Shown here: one piece after another, positions 49,116 to 61,460 of the stretch
Numbering within the stretch: position 1 is the first letter of the stretch
Layout of the letters: each line of letters opens with the position of its first letter
Assembly (NCBI RefSeq): GCF_030028105.1
Contig: NC_092370.1
Span: 136,935,522 to 136,999,521 of the forward strand
Length of the DNA: 64,000 nucleotides
Source: Mobula birostris
Taxonomy: Eukaryota
Direction: 5' to 3'
Program-made: the position numbers and the translations under genes
The notes under the pieces: model-generated
What the model saw: only the letters and a program-made list of their open reading frames with translations
Databases searched by the model: none
What the model was told of the DNA's origin: nothing

Positions 49116-52100
49116 CCATATAACCATATAACTATTACAGCACGGAAACAGGCCATCTCGGCCCTTCTAGTCCATGCCGAACTCTTACTCTCACCTAGTC
49201 CCACCGACCTGCACTCAACCCATAACCCTCCATTCCTTTCCTGTCCATATAGCTGTCCAATTTAACTTTAAGTGACAACATCGAATCTACCTCAACCACT
49301 TCTGCTGGAAGCTCATTCCACACAGCTGCCACTCTCTGAGTACAGAAGTTCCCCATCATATTACCTCTAAACTTTTGCCCTTTAACTCTCAACTCATGTC
49401 CTCTTGTTTGAATCTCCCCCACTCTCAATGGAAAAAGACTATCCACGCTAACTCTATCTATCCCCCTCATAATTTTAAACACCTCTATTAAGTTCCCCCT
49501 CAACATTCTATGTTCCAAAGAATAAAGACCCAACTTGTTCAACCTTTCTCTGTAACTTAGGTGATGGAACCCAGGTGACATTCTAGTAAATCTTCTCTGT
49601 ACTCTCTCTATTTTGTTGACATCTTTCCTATAATTTGGTGACCAAAACTGAACACAATACTCCAAATTTGGCCTCACCAATCCCTTGTACAATTTCAACA
49701 TTACATCCCAACTCCTATACTCAATGCTCTGATTTATAAAGGCCAGCATACCAAAAGCTGTCTTCACCACCCTATCCACATGAGATTCCACCTTCAGGGA
49801 ACTATGCACCATTATTCCTAGATCCCTCTGTTCTACTGCATTCTTCAATGCCCTACCACTTACCATGTATGTCCTATTTCGATTAGTCCTACCAAAATGT
49901 AGCACCTCACATTTATCAGCATTAAGCTCCATCTGCCATCTGTCAGCCCACTCTTCTAACTGGCCTAAATCTCTCTGCAAGCTTTGAAAACCTACTTCAT
50001 TATCAACAACTTCACCTATCTTAGTATCATCTGCATACTTACTCATCCAATTTACCACCCCATCATCCAGGTCATTAATGTATATGACAAACAACATTGG
50101 ACCCAGTACAGATCCCTGAGGCACACCACTAGTCACCGGCCTCCAATCTGACAAACAATTATCCACCACCACTCTCTGACGTCTCCCATCCAGCCACTGC
50201 TGAATCCATTTTACTACTTCAATATTAATACCTAACGATTGACCCTTCCTAACTAACCTTCCGTGTGGAACCTTGTCAAAGGCCTTACTGGTCCATATAG
50301 ACAACATCCACCGCTTAAACGTCATCTTTCCCTGTAACCTCTTCAAAAAATTCAATAAGATTTGTCAAACATGACCTTCCATGCACAAATCCATGTTGAC
50401 TGTTCCTACTCAGACCCTGTCTATCGAGATAATTATATATACCATCTCTAAGAATACTTTCCATCAATTTACCCACCACTGACGTCAAACTCACAGGCTG
50501 ATAATTGCTAGGTTTACTCTTAGAACCCTTTTTAAACAATGGAACAACATGAGCAATACGCCAATCCTCCGGCACCATCCCCGTTTCTAATGACATTTGA
50601 AATATTTCTGTCAGAGCCCCTGCTGTTTCCATACTAACTTCCCTCAACGTCCTAGGGAATATCCTCTCAGGACCCGGAGACTTAGCCACTTTTATATTCC
50701 TTAAAAGTGCCAGTACTTCATCTTCATTAATCATCATAGTCTCCCTACCTGTTTCCCTTATCTCACACAATTCAATATCCTTCTCCTTCATGAATACCGA
50801 AGAAAAAAAATTATTCAGAATTTCCTCAATCTCTTTTGGCTCCACACATAGTTGTCCACTCTGTTTCTCTAAGGGACCAATTTTATCCATAGAAACCATA
50901 GAAACTACAGCACAGAAACAGGCCTTTTGGCCCTTCTTGGCTGTGCCGAACCATTTTCTACCTAGCCCCACTGACGTGCACACGGACCATATCCCTCCAT
51001 ACACCTCCCATCCATGTATCTGTCCAACTTATTCTTAAATGTTAAAAAAGAACCCGCATTTACCACCTCATCTGGCAGATCATTCCATACTCCCACCACT
51101 CTCTGTGTGAAGAAGCCCCCTCTAATGTTCCCTTTAAACCTTTCCCCCCTCACCCTTAACCCATGTCTTCTGGTTTTTTTCTCCCCTTGCCTCAGTGGAA
51201 AAAGCCTGCTTGCATTCACTCTATCTATACCCATCATAATTTTATATACCTCTATCAAATCTCCCCTCATTCTTCCACGCTCCAGGGAATAAAGTCCTAA
51301 CCTATTCAAGCTTTCTCTGTAACTGAGTTTCTCAAGTCCTGGCAACGTCCTTGTAAACCATCTCTGCACTCTTTCAACCTTATTTATATCCTTCCTGTAA
51401 TTTGGTGACCAAAACTGAACACAATACTCCAGATTCGGCCTCACCAATGCCTTATACAACCTCATCATAACACTCCAGCTCTTATACTCGATACTTTGAT
51501 TAATAAAGGCCAATGTACCAAAAGCTCTCTTTACGACCCTATCTATTTGAGACGCCACTTTTAGGGAATGTTGTATCTGTATTCCCAGATCCCTCTGTTC
51601 TACTGCACTCCTCAGTGCCTTACCATTAACCCTGTATGTTCTACCTTGGTTTGTCCTTCCAACGTGTAATACCTCACACTTGTCTGTATTAAACTCCATC
51701 TGCCATTTTTCAGCCCATTTTTCCAGCTGGTCCAAGTCCCTCTGCAGGCTCTGAAAACCTTCCTCACTGTCTACTACACCTCCAATCTTTGTATCATCAG
51801 CAAATTTGCTGATCCTCACTATCCTTTTCTATTAATATAACTGTAGAAACCCTTGGGATTTATTTTCACCTTACTTGCCAAAGCAACCTCATATCTTCTT
51901 TTAGCTTGTCTAATTTCTTTCTTAAGATTCTTTTTACATTCTCTATTTTCCTCGAGCACTTCATTTACTCCATGCTGCTTATATTTATTGTAGAGATCTC
52001 TCTTTTTTTGAACCAAGTTTCCAATGTCCCTAGAAAACCATGGCTCTCTCAAACTTTTAACTTTTCCTTTCAACCTAACAGGAACATAAAGATTCTGCAC

Positions 52101-52729
52101 CCTCAAAATTTCAACTTTAAATAACCTCCATTTCTCTATTACATTCTTCCCATGAATCAAATTGTCCCAATCCATTCCTTCTAAATCCTTTCGCATCTCC
52201 TTAAAGTTAGCCTTTCTCAAATCAAAAATCTCAATCCTGGGTCCAGACCTATCCTTCTCCATAATTATATTGAAACTTATAGCATTGTGATCACTGAACC
52301 AGAAGTGCTCCCCAACACAAACCTCTGTCACCTGACCTTCTCATTCCCTAACAGGAGATCCAATACTGCCTCTTCTCTAGTTGTATCTCTATGTACTGCT
52401 GCAAAAGTCTATCCTGCACACATTTTGCAAACTCCAAACCATCCAGCCCTTTTGGTGATCTATAATACACCCTCATAAATATTACTACAATTTTCCCATT
52501 CCTGAGTTCCACCCAAATAGCCTCCCTAGATGAGCCCTCTAATCTATCCTGCCAGAGCACCGCTGTAATATTTTCTCTGACAAGCAATGCAACAGCTCCC
52601 CCTCTTGTCCCTCTGATTCTATCACGCCTGAAGCAATTAAATCCAGGAATATTTAATTGCCAATCAAACCCCTCCTGTAACCATGTTTCACTAATAGCTA
52701 CCTCGTCATACTTCCAGGTATCAATCCAT
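49116..52729 (-). mobile_element. CR1 LINE ORF2 (endonuclease plus RT), subfamily D, with frameshifts and a nested CR1
   Basis: [41 protein letters not shown]; (GTTATATG)n tail. Confidence 0.95.
50889..51815 (-). mobile_element. CR1 subfamily B copy nested in the subfamily D element
   Basis: Near-identical to 12486-13412; own (TTTCTATGG)n tail; open frame 50962-51819. Confidence 0.95.
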
Positions 52730-53199
52730 GACCACCATAGCAATCCCATAATGTTCCACAGAACAGCATGAGCAGTAACAACAACAAAACAAGATCTCTC
52801 ACACCTATCCACCATTCACATATTTCAGACAGATCTTCAACCCTTTCTATAGATAGAAATCAAACAGGGTACAAAACTAATAACTTTTTTTGTGGCTTTT
52901 GTTTTCCAGGTAGATTAAAATTAGTTCAAACAATAAAATGCACCACTTATAGAAATGATGATGGTAAAGCAAAAAGAATTGTCATAGAATAAGTATGGAA
53001 ATAAAAGATTGGTCCAGAAAAGACAAAAATCAGAATATCAAAATCACAAGTGAATCATTAGAATTGTGTGGAAGCTTTAGACAGAGAGATCAGAGTGGCA
53101 GAAAGGTGGAGTATTGAAGTAATAGATGATAGGAAGCTCAGTGTCGTACTTGCAGTGAAACAAAGACTTTCTGGAAAGATAGCTCTGAGTGATGCATGT

Positions 53200-53370
53200 T
53201 GAGGGCTTCATATTTGCTAGGATGCCATGGCAACTACTCCACTCTTTCTCAACTGGTGCCATGGAATATGTCAAATCTACCTGGGAGACAAGATGCAACT
53301 TCAGTTTAAATGTTGAATCCTAAAGATCTCATTTCTAACAGCGGAGCTGTCTCTCAGCACTGTCATAATG
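53200..53370 (-). mobile_element. Deu-domain SINE remnant (SacSINE1/AmnSINE1-like)
   Basis: gtgccatggaatatgtcaaatctacctgggag...cagtttaaatgttgaatcctaaaga...ctctcagcactg resembles the reverse of the Deu domain as recalled. Confidence 0.6.
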
Positions 53371-53719
53371 AAAATATTTTAAAACTTGTTCCTTGTGCTT
53401 TTCTGATTCTGCAGCCAGAGGCATTCACAAACAAAGGAGATGCAGAACGCATGTCGAAGGTTATAAAGACACCTTTTTATTAGGATGATGTGAAAACTGC
53501 TCATTAACCACTGTGAAAACTACCCAATGAATGAATACAAAGCATACTTATTAACCACAGAGTGAACTGATGTACACACTGTTGGAGGAAATCCCAGCAG
53601 TCCAACAGCCATTTCCATTTCTCTGACTATCTATCTACCTATCTATCTATCAGTGACCTGTAAGTGCAGGTAAACGCAATTGTGAAGAAAGCTCGGCAGC
53701 ACCTCTACTTCCAAAGGAG

Positions 53720-54360
53720 TCTGTGGAGACTCGGCATGGCATCTAAACTTTGACAAACTTCTATAAATGTGAGTGGAGAGTGAAGCCACTGGCTGCATCA
53801 CAGCCTGATGTGGAAATGTAATTACTTTGAATGGAAAATCTTCTAAAAGGTAATGATTTGGCCCAGTACATCATGGGTAAAGCCCTCCCAACCAGTAAGC
53901 ACATCTACATAAAACACTGTTATACAAAAGAGGCATCCATCATCAGAGATCCCCGCCACCCAGGTCATGTTCTCTTCTCACTGCTGCCATCAGGTAGAAA
54001 GTGCAAGAGCACAGGATTTACACCACCATGTTCAAGAACAGTTACTACCCTTCAACCATCAGGCTCCTGAATAAAAGAGGATAGCTACATTCATTTGCCT
54101 CATTATTGAAATGTTCCCACAGCCAATGATCTCACTTTAGGGACTCTTTATCTCATTACCTCATGTTCTCATTATTTATTGCTATTTATTTATATTTGCA
54201 TTTGCATAGTTTGTTATCTTCTGCACTCTGGTTGATCTTTCATTGATTCTGTTACAGTTATTACTCTATAGATCTGCTGAGAATGCCCACAGGAAAATGA
54301 ATCTCAGGGTTATAAATGGTGACATATAATAATTTGATAATAAAATTTATTTTGAACTTT
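53720..54360 (+). mobile_element. Rex1/Babar 3' fragment
   Basis: ASIIRDPRHPGHVLFSLLPSGR plus 3' UTR. Confidence 0.85.
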
Positions 54361-54366
54361 TATATA

Positions 54367-54578
54367 GCTATCTGCCTACTTCCTCTCTTTCCCTCCTTCT
54401 GTGATCTCTGCTGCCCTTTGACCCTTCGCATCTTTTTTCTCCATCGTGATGAAGGGTCTTGGCTGGAAGCGTTGGCTGTACTCTCTTTTCCATAGAAGCT
54501 GCCTGGCCTGCTGAGTTCCTCCAGCATTTTGTGTGTGTTGCTTGGATTTCCAGCAACTGCAGATTTTCTCTTGTTTGA
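54367..54578 (+). mobile_element. Penelope terminal unit with degenerate hammerhead
   Basis: GTGATGAAGGGTCTTGGCTGGAAGCGTT plus the downstream unit. Confidence 0.75.
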
Positions 54579-54759
54579 ATTTATCAGCCTAAATTCAAAT
54601 TTGATATTTCAAGAGTTGATATCTCTGTCTCCATTATTAATGGGCTGTCATTGCAATTGCATTATGCTAGACATCGCCCTCTTCCTAAAAGATAAAGGAA
54701 AGAGGAAATTGATAAGGAAAATTCCATGGAACGAGGAGAAACAAGTGTAAAATAGAAAT

Positions 54760-54950
54760 AAGATGTGCTGGAAATGCTGGAAATGCTGATCAGGTGAGGC
54801 AGCACCTGCGGAAAATGATTCAGAATAAATATTTCAGATCAATAAAGCTGCATCAAAACCTTAAACCTGAAATGGTAACTCTTGTTTATCTTTCAACCTC
54901 TGCAGCATCTTCTGCTCTGTTTAACATTTCCAGAATCTGCTTTTGTTTCA
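54760..54950. mobile_element. Very old palindromic Penelope-derived element
   Basis: ctggaaatg...catttccag inverted ends. Confidence 0.45.
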
Positions 54951-55719
54951 TTGAGTAAGAAATATGATTTGATGAGGAAGACCGAAGAGAAGGCAGTAGA
55001 AGCAAAAGTGTAATAGAGGTGACAGCAAGTATTTAAAGGATACAGGAGTGAGGAAGAGAGGAGCAGCAGACGGCATTGGGGGCTCGAGGAATGGGGGAAA
55101 ACACAATCACGAGAGGATTAAGGAAAAGTAACAAGATGGACATGCTAAAGCACTCATCACAAGATTGTAGGTCATGAAAGCCTTAGGGAGAGTTGCAATG
55201 ATCAGTAGTTGAGATGGTTGTGTGAGAATTGCCAGGAGCTACAAATGATAGCAGGCAGAAAGGACGAAGCAGGAAATTAGGAAGAAGGAAGGTAATGGAA
55301 ATGTTGCTGGACAGCAAAGAATGGATAATACATATTGGTATTGAAATTCCAAATAAGCATTGCATGTAGGATGATAGTGTATTATACACCCTCTTTGAAA
55401 GCTAGTTTCAAGTATTATAGCTGCTGAATTTCTGAAGTGGGGTAGAATGGGCTAATGTTGTCACGTCACGCATTTATTGCTACAAAATATGGGCTGAATT
55501 TCTCAGCAGATGTTCTTCACAAGGAAGGGTGAGTGATAATACATTCAGAGTGGCTATTAAATTTTGAGTTTCTTCCACCAGGACAGTAGCACTATAACAT
55601 TTATTTTTTGACTTGTGTCGCGAATACGCCTTGTGCTAAATGTCAATCTTCTGGAAGACACTTTATTAGGTAAGATAACTTTATGTGTTATGTGTCATTT
55701 ATATGTACTGTTTAGGATG

Positions 55720-56345
55720 GTGGCAAATATTGGTAGCTTGGGTTGAGGTGCTCAATGCTGCGGTGGTTGTCGAGCTTGGCAACTAGCTTGCAGACTTTTC
55801 ATTACCAGTCGAGGTGACATCCTCAGTGCACTGTTGTTGGTGCTTCTCTCTGGGAGTGCTTGCATTTCTCTAGACTCCTGTTCACTTGCCTCGGTCCTCA
55901 ATTGACCTTTGAATTCTATTGACGCACATTTCTTTGGCTCTTGGAGGTTCGTAGATAGTGTCAATTTCGATAAGTACTGTGTTTTGCACCTTGGTCCAGA
56001 GGAATGTTGCTTCATTTGACAATGTACATGGAAATGGTTGAACGGCAATAAAACTGAACTTGAAGTTGAAAAGTGGATATTTTGCCTGATGACAGGGTGC
56101 AGTGGAAAGACATTGTTGTCAAGGGTTGCTGATATGATTGAAATATCAAATCTGTACCTGATTTCACAATTGTAAGGTGCTGGTGATAGATGCTTCAATT
56201 TTACCACTATTGCTGCCTAGTTTTGTTAAAGTGATGGCTGTCGGTGTTTTGGTTCAGCTTGGCACTGTCAGAAGAGAGGGTATGATATCAGCAAGATCTC
56301 CGCATGAGTGGCCATGGTTATTACTGTCTCTTCTTCAGGCCATGA
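55720..56345 (-). mobile_element. Second Penelope lineage remnant with its own hammerhead motif
   Basis: Minus strand 55790-55829 reads GCA-CTGAGGA-TGTCACCtcgactGGTAAT-GAAAA-GTC-TGC. Confidence 0.6.
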
Positions 56346-56919
56346 GTATGGGAGATTGAAAGCTTAACTACCCAGAAAAAAGTTTCAAGAACATTTCTAG
56401 TTTATTTTCACTAGCCACACATCAATGGCAAGTGAACAGATTAAATTATAAGCTTTATGGTTTGGCAGACCCACAGGTGAAAGGGAAAGACTGCTGGTTA
56501 ATATTAACATTCAATGGGTTATTTAAATGATGGCTGAAACAAACAGTATGCTTGGCCTAGTATTATGCAGGAAACCCAGAAGTAAGTTCAGAGTTTTTTT
56601 TACTATCTTATAATAGAACCATAACATTATTACTTTCTTTCAGGGATTTCATTCAAAGCAATGGTGACAGGAATCATAAAGTCATAGGATAAGGATTTTT
56701 TGTGATTTACCAATATTTAAAGGACAATCAGAAGAAACAGGTTGAAGGACCCACTGTTGAGAGGAGAAATAAGATATGCTTCAGCCTGGACTCCAATTAT
56801 GCAGCAGGGAATTGTTAAAAGTAGGAGAGAGATTCAGCTGTAGCAGCAGGAGAAGCTGAAATGTCGATACAGGGTTTGGAGATTTTCATTTATTTGTGCC
56901 ACCAATGGTCAAGTATGGA

Positions 56920-57425
56920 AGAGCCCACAAAAAGTAATGGATACAGCCCAGTCACAGGAAAAGGTCAACTCTACAAGGAGAGCTGCCACAAGAAAGCAGC
57001 ATCCATCATCAAAGACCCCACCATCCAGGCCATGCTCACTTCTCACTACTGCCATTGGGAAGAATTTACAATAGCCTTAGGACCGACACCACCAGGTTTA
57101 GGGACAGGTTGATTACCCTTCAACCGTCAAGCTCTTGAACCAACACGGATAGTTTCATTCACCTCAACTCTGAACTGATTACACGACCTATGGATTCACT
57201 TTCAAGGACTCTACAACTCCTGTTCTCTGTATTATTTATTTATTGTCTTTGCACAGATTGACTTCTTTTGTGCATTGGTTGTTTGTCAGTCTTTGTGTGT
57301 AGGTTTTCATTCATTCTATTGTATTTCTTTGTTCTACTGTGAACGTCTGCAAGAAAATGAATCTCAGGGTAGTTCGGTATATGGTGATATATATGTACTT
57401 TGATAATAAATTTACTTTGAACTCT
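56920..57425 (+). mobile_element. Rex1/Babar 3' fragment
   Basis: CHKKAASIIKDP plus 3' UTR tail. Confidence 0.82.
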
Positions 57426-58401
57426 GATCTAATATCACTAGTATGTTAAGTGTTGATTATCATCTCTCATCTCCCAAATTGAATGGCTCTTTATGCCATT
57501 TGAGAGCAGCTATAAAAGTCAGCCATGTGTCATATTGGAGTCCACATTGGGAAGAATGGTAGTGGTGTCTCCCCTGAGGCTTTTACTCAACTAATATTTT
57601 AGTCACATAAATCTAGTTGGCTCTGGCACCTGTTTTTATTCTAATGTTGTTTCATTTACTGAATTTGGATTTCTCGGTGGAATATAAAATTATGTCATTG
57701 GAGGGGTAGTCCAGTGAACATGCTATTTCCTTTACCATGTGAAAGCAGATATGTACGCATGTATTCCACAGATATCACACACCTGACTACTCAGTTTTGC
57801 ACCATTAAACTATTCCTACTTAACCTGGATTTGCGAGTCCAGTCATCATCCTCCTTCGTCAATAAACTTCCTCCGGTTTGCATCTGTCAATGCATCATGT
57901 CCACTCAGCCTCAAGAAATATTATGCTCCAACTCACAGAGTCCCCAATTAATGTTCTGCTGTCACTGAATGGACACAAGATGCAATTGCATTTGCTCCTG
58001 GGTCTGTAGTTTGGCCAATTATTAAGTTTACTAGTACGGAATCTGCATTCCTCCGTAGGAGTAAGGCTCCAATTATGCAATCTTTAAATAAAAGCCTCTT
58101 CTCTCTTATATGGTTTTCAACAGTAAATGCAAAATAGTCATCCTCATTCTGATAAACATCCGACATTCCAATTTCAAAAGAAGCAATGTGTTGCTGGTTC
58201 ATGAGAAGAGTAATCACAGGTAGAACAGCCTTTGTCAACCCTAAATAAAATTTAGCTTACTGCATGCTACTCTGAAATTTAACTTATTACAGGCCAGGAT
58301 ACCTCAATATTCAAAGCAGAAACCTGGGGAACTTGCTTTTACCTTCTTGTGAAAGCTAAAAGACATTCATCACATCGCGGTATTGAGAAGAGGGACAGTA
58401 A

Positions 58402-58946
58402 AGGCTGATTTATACTTGTTTGTAAATCGATGCCGTAGGTATGGCATAGCCGTGAACCCTATGCAGTGCTTATGCGGATCCCTACGCCGTAGCCTGACGC
58501 GCACCTCTCCCAAAATGTAACTACGCATCGCGACAACTCAGACCGCAAAAACTGTGATTGATCCGCTTGGTAGCATCGCATTTCCTCCTACGCTGCAATG
58601 GGTTGCCATTGGGCGACTGAAGGGCAGGGAAGGAACTCTGGCTGCAATGCTTTCAATAAAGCTTTATAGACCTCCGAAATTATGGAGGACACATTTCACT
58701 TTTACGAAAAAAGACACTCATTTTATACTTGTTTACCCCGAGAAGGACTACCATGACCATGAAGCCTTGTACGGGCAGGTGTGTGCATATGTGTGACGTG
58801 CGAATACGTGACATGCACATGTGTGTACGTGCCTGAATTGCGGAGAGACGCAGACACACTAAGGCACAAGTATAAATGCTCACAATGGCGTAGCCCACTT
58901 GCGTAGGCTATGGCGTAAGCTGGTACGCACAAGGATAAATCAGCCT
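58402..58946. mobile_element. PIF/Harbinger (Tourist-like) MITE, complete, 545 bp
   Basis: 18-bp TIR AGGCTGATTTATACTTGT (1 mismatch); 3-bp TSD TAA (58399-58401, 58947-58949). Confidence 0.9.
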
Positions 58947-59294
58947 TAAGGTTCTGTAGCTGAACACCTGTGTGCCATCACTAGTGAGAAACCAGAGCAT
59001 GTCAGAGAGCTGAGAATATCAGTTGCTGATAATACATTTTCTGTTTATATTAACCTCAATCTAAGGTCCAACTTGTACCTCCATAAGGTAGAAAATATGC
59101 TTCAAATGATAGAAAGTAAACTCTCTCCAATTATTCTATCAAATGCATTGTTTCATCATATTTAATTTGCAAGGATTACGCCCATTATATCATCCATTGG
59201 TCTCCTGCTACTTTAAATGATTTACAAAATTTCGTATTAACTGGAAACATTGAAATTATATTGAAGGACTGTCACCTTGTCATGTTGGAGAGGC

Positions 59295-59650
59295 TTGTGA
59301 GTTTCTGAGAGCGATGTCAGCTGGTGCTTAGCTCCTGGTAGGGTCACCCATGGCGGCAAGGTAAAGGAGGATGTTGCAGGCACGGAGCAAACCAAACAGG
59401 GCCTCAACAGCGGAGCTGGTGGAAGATAACCAATGTTCACAGTGGCAGCAAAGGCAGAGGAAGGCTTCAGCAATGAGGGGTCCCCTGTCCCCATCTTGCA
59501 CTCCATGCCTCTGACCCCAATCTGAAAAGGACCATGGGTTGGCTGCCTGTGCATCAACCTCTCCACTTTAAACAAAGTCACACACAGTTCTTCTCCATTA
59601 AGGGAATAACCCTTTAGGAGAACATCATAATTGACTCGAGTGATCGCACT
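59295..59650 (+). mobile_element. RTE/Rex3 (Expander)-like 5' UTR-derived fragment
   Basis: gctcctggtagggtcacccatggcggcaaggt motif. Confidence 0.55.
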
Positions 59651-60336
59651 ATTACACCTTATCTCCTCAAGTTCTGTTTAATTAGTAACTAACAAAGGAG
59701 TAATCGTGTTGATGCCATCCCGTAAGGAACATTACTGTAAACTAACTAGTCTTTGAAACAATAGTTCACCAAGTCACTACTCTCCATCTCAAAGCCAATG
59801 TTGTCCTTAATGCTCTGCCATAAATTAATGATCCAGGAAACTAATTAATTAAGATTCTTTGTCAATGATGAATCATTAGCGAAGAGAAAGTAATCCCCAC
59901 TATTTAAGAGGTAGTCTGATGGAAAGAACTGCCCATCTTTAACAGAACCTGCTCAGCTTGCAGTCAATTAATAGAATTGAAAGTAACATGGCCCTGTGTT
60001 GATGCAAACTATCAAAGTACCACTCAAGCAGAAAAACATATCTCTGAGGAAAAAAGCTTCTGAAAATTAATTCTTACAAAAATAGACCTCTTTGCCATTA
60101 CTAGTTCAAAACTGCAGTACTTATTTATTGCTGAAGGAATGACTGACAAAATTCAGCCATTAATTTATAAAACATGTAATGAAATATTTGCCTTGAGTCA
60201 AGTATGCTTTTTATGCCTTAGATTCTCACTTCATGAAGTGTTTTAGATGATACTCAATAAATACTGTAAGCAATTACACCATTCATAGGAACACATGTAT
60301 TCCATAAAATACTTTTCTTTTTACAAAGTTGACACT

Positions 60337-61197
60337 TACACTCAGTGTTCAACTTAATAGGCACACCTGTACATCTGCTCATTATTGCAGATATCTAATC
60401 AGCCAACTGTTAGGCAGGAATTCAATGCCCAAAATCATGCAGACATGGTCAAAGAGGTTTAGTTGTTGTTCAGACTGAACATCAGAATGGGGAAGAAATG
60501 TGATCTAAGTGATTTGACCATAGAATGATTGTTGGTGCCAGATGGTGTGGTTTGAATGTTTCAAAAAATGCTGATTTCTTGGTGTTTTCATGCAGAACAG
60601 TCTCTGCAGTTTACAGAGTATATTGTGAAAAACAAAAAAAAATAGTGAGTGGTAGTTCTGAGTGCAAAAATGCCGTGTTAATAAGAAACATCAGAGGAAA
60701 TTAGCCAGACTAGTCAAATAACCACAAACAACAGTGATGTGCAGAAGAGCATCTCTGAACACACAACATTTGAAACTTGAAGTTGATGAGTGGTAGTAAC
60801 AGAAGACCATAAATGTACACTACATATCCACTTAATTAGGTACAGGAGATACCTAATAAAGACCATAAGATGTAGGAGTATAATCAGGCCAGTCAGCCCA
60901 TCGAGTCTGATCCCTGGATCCTACTCAACCTCATACATCTGCCTTCTCACCATATCCTTTGATGTCCTGCCCGATCAGGAAACGATCAACTTCTGCCTTA
61001 AATATACTCATGGACTTGGCCTTGACCGCAGTCTCTGGCAGAGCACTCCACAGATTCACTCTTCTCTGGCTAAAAAAATGAGATTCCGCTGCATGCTTCT
61101 AGATTCCAGAGAGTACAGACCCAAAGCTGCCAAATGCTCCTTGTATGTTAACCCCTTCATTCCCGGGATCATCCTTGTAAAATGACCATTGGGTGTA
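60337..61197 (+). mobile_element. Tc1-derived MITE with a CR1 fragment inserted in its right TIR
   Basis: TAcactcagtg start; TIR ...tacctaataaa | aatgaccattgggtgTA is split by 60861-61178. Confidence 0.85.
60861..61178 (-). mobile_element. Old CR1 3' fragment
   Basis: gaccataagatgtaggag tail, and ccacagattcac. Confidence 0.75.
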
Positions 61198-61257
61198 TAT
61201 TTTCTATGCAAATAATGTTACCTCTAATCACATAGTTTTAATGTAAAGTCAATATTG

Positions 61258-61460
61258 TTATTGTTGTTCCTTTTCACTCCTTGTGGTGCAATGGGTGGTA
61301 TTCTTGCTGTTCCCATAGCGTTTGCCCGTTTTTTGCTAGCCGGAGTTTCTAGCTTGACACTCAACCCAGCATGGATGGAAAGTGAGCAAGGAGCTAAACT
61401 GTTCTGAATTTGGGACTGTTCGCCTTGAAGTCTGGTGCTGATGCCACTACATTGGCCGGT
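61258..61460 (-). mobile_element. tRNA-derived SINE with (AAC)n tail
   Basis: 14-bp TSD TAAAGTCAATATTG (61244-61257, 61461-61474); head resembles the SINE at 47782. Confidence 0.8.

Noticed and set aside
53627-53652. (CTAT)n microsatellite and other short simple repeats
   Set aside because: Ordinary simple repeats with no sign of function.
57490-57740. Possible ancient LF-SINE-like remnant
   Set aside because: Only patchy resemblance from memory; needs an HMM search.
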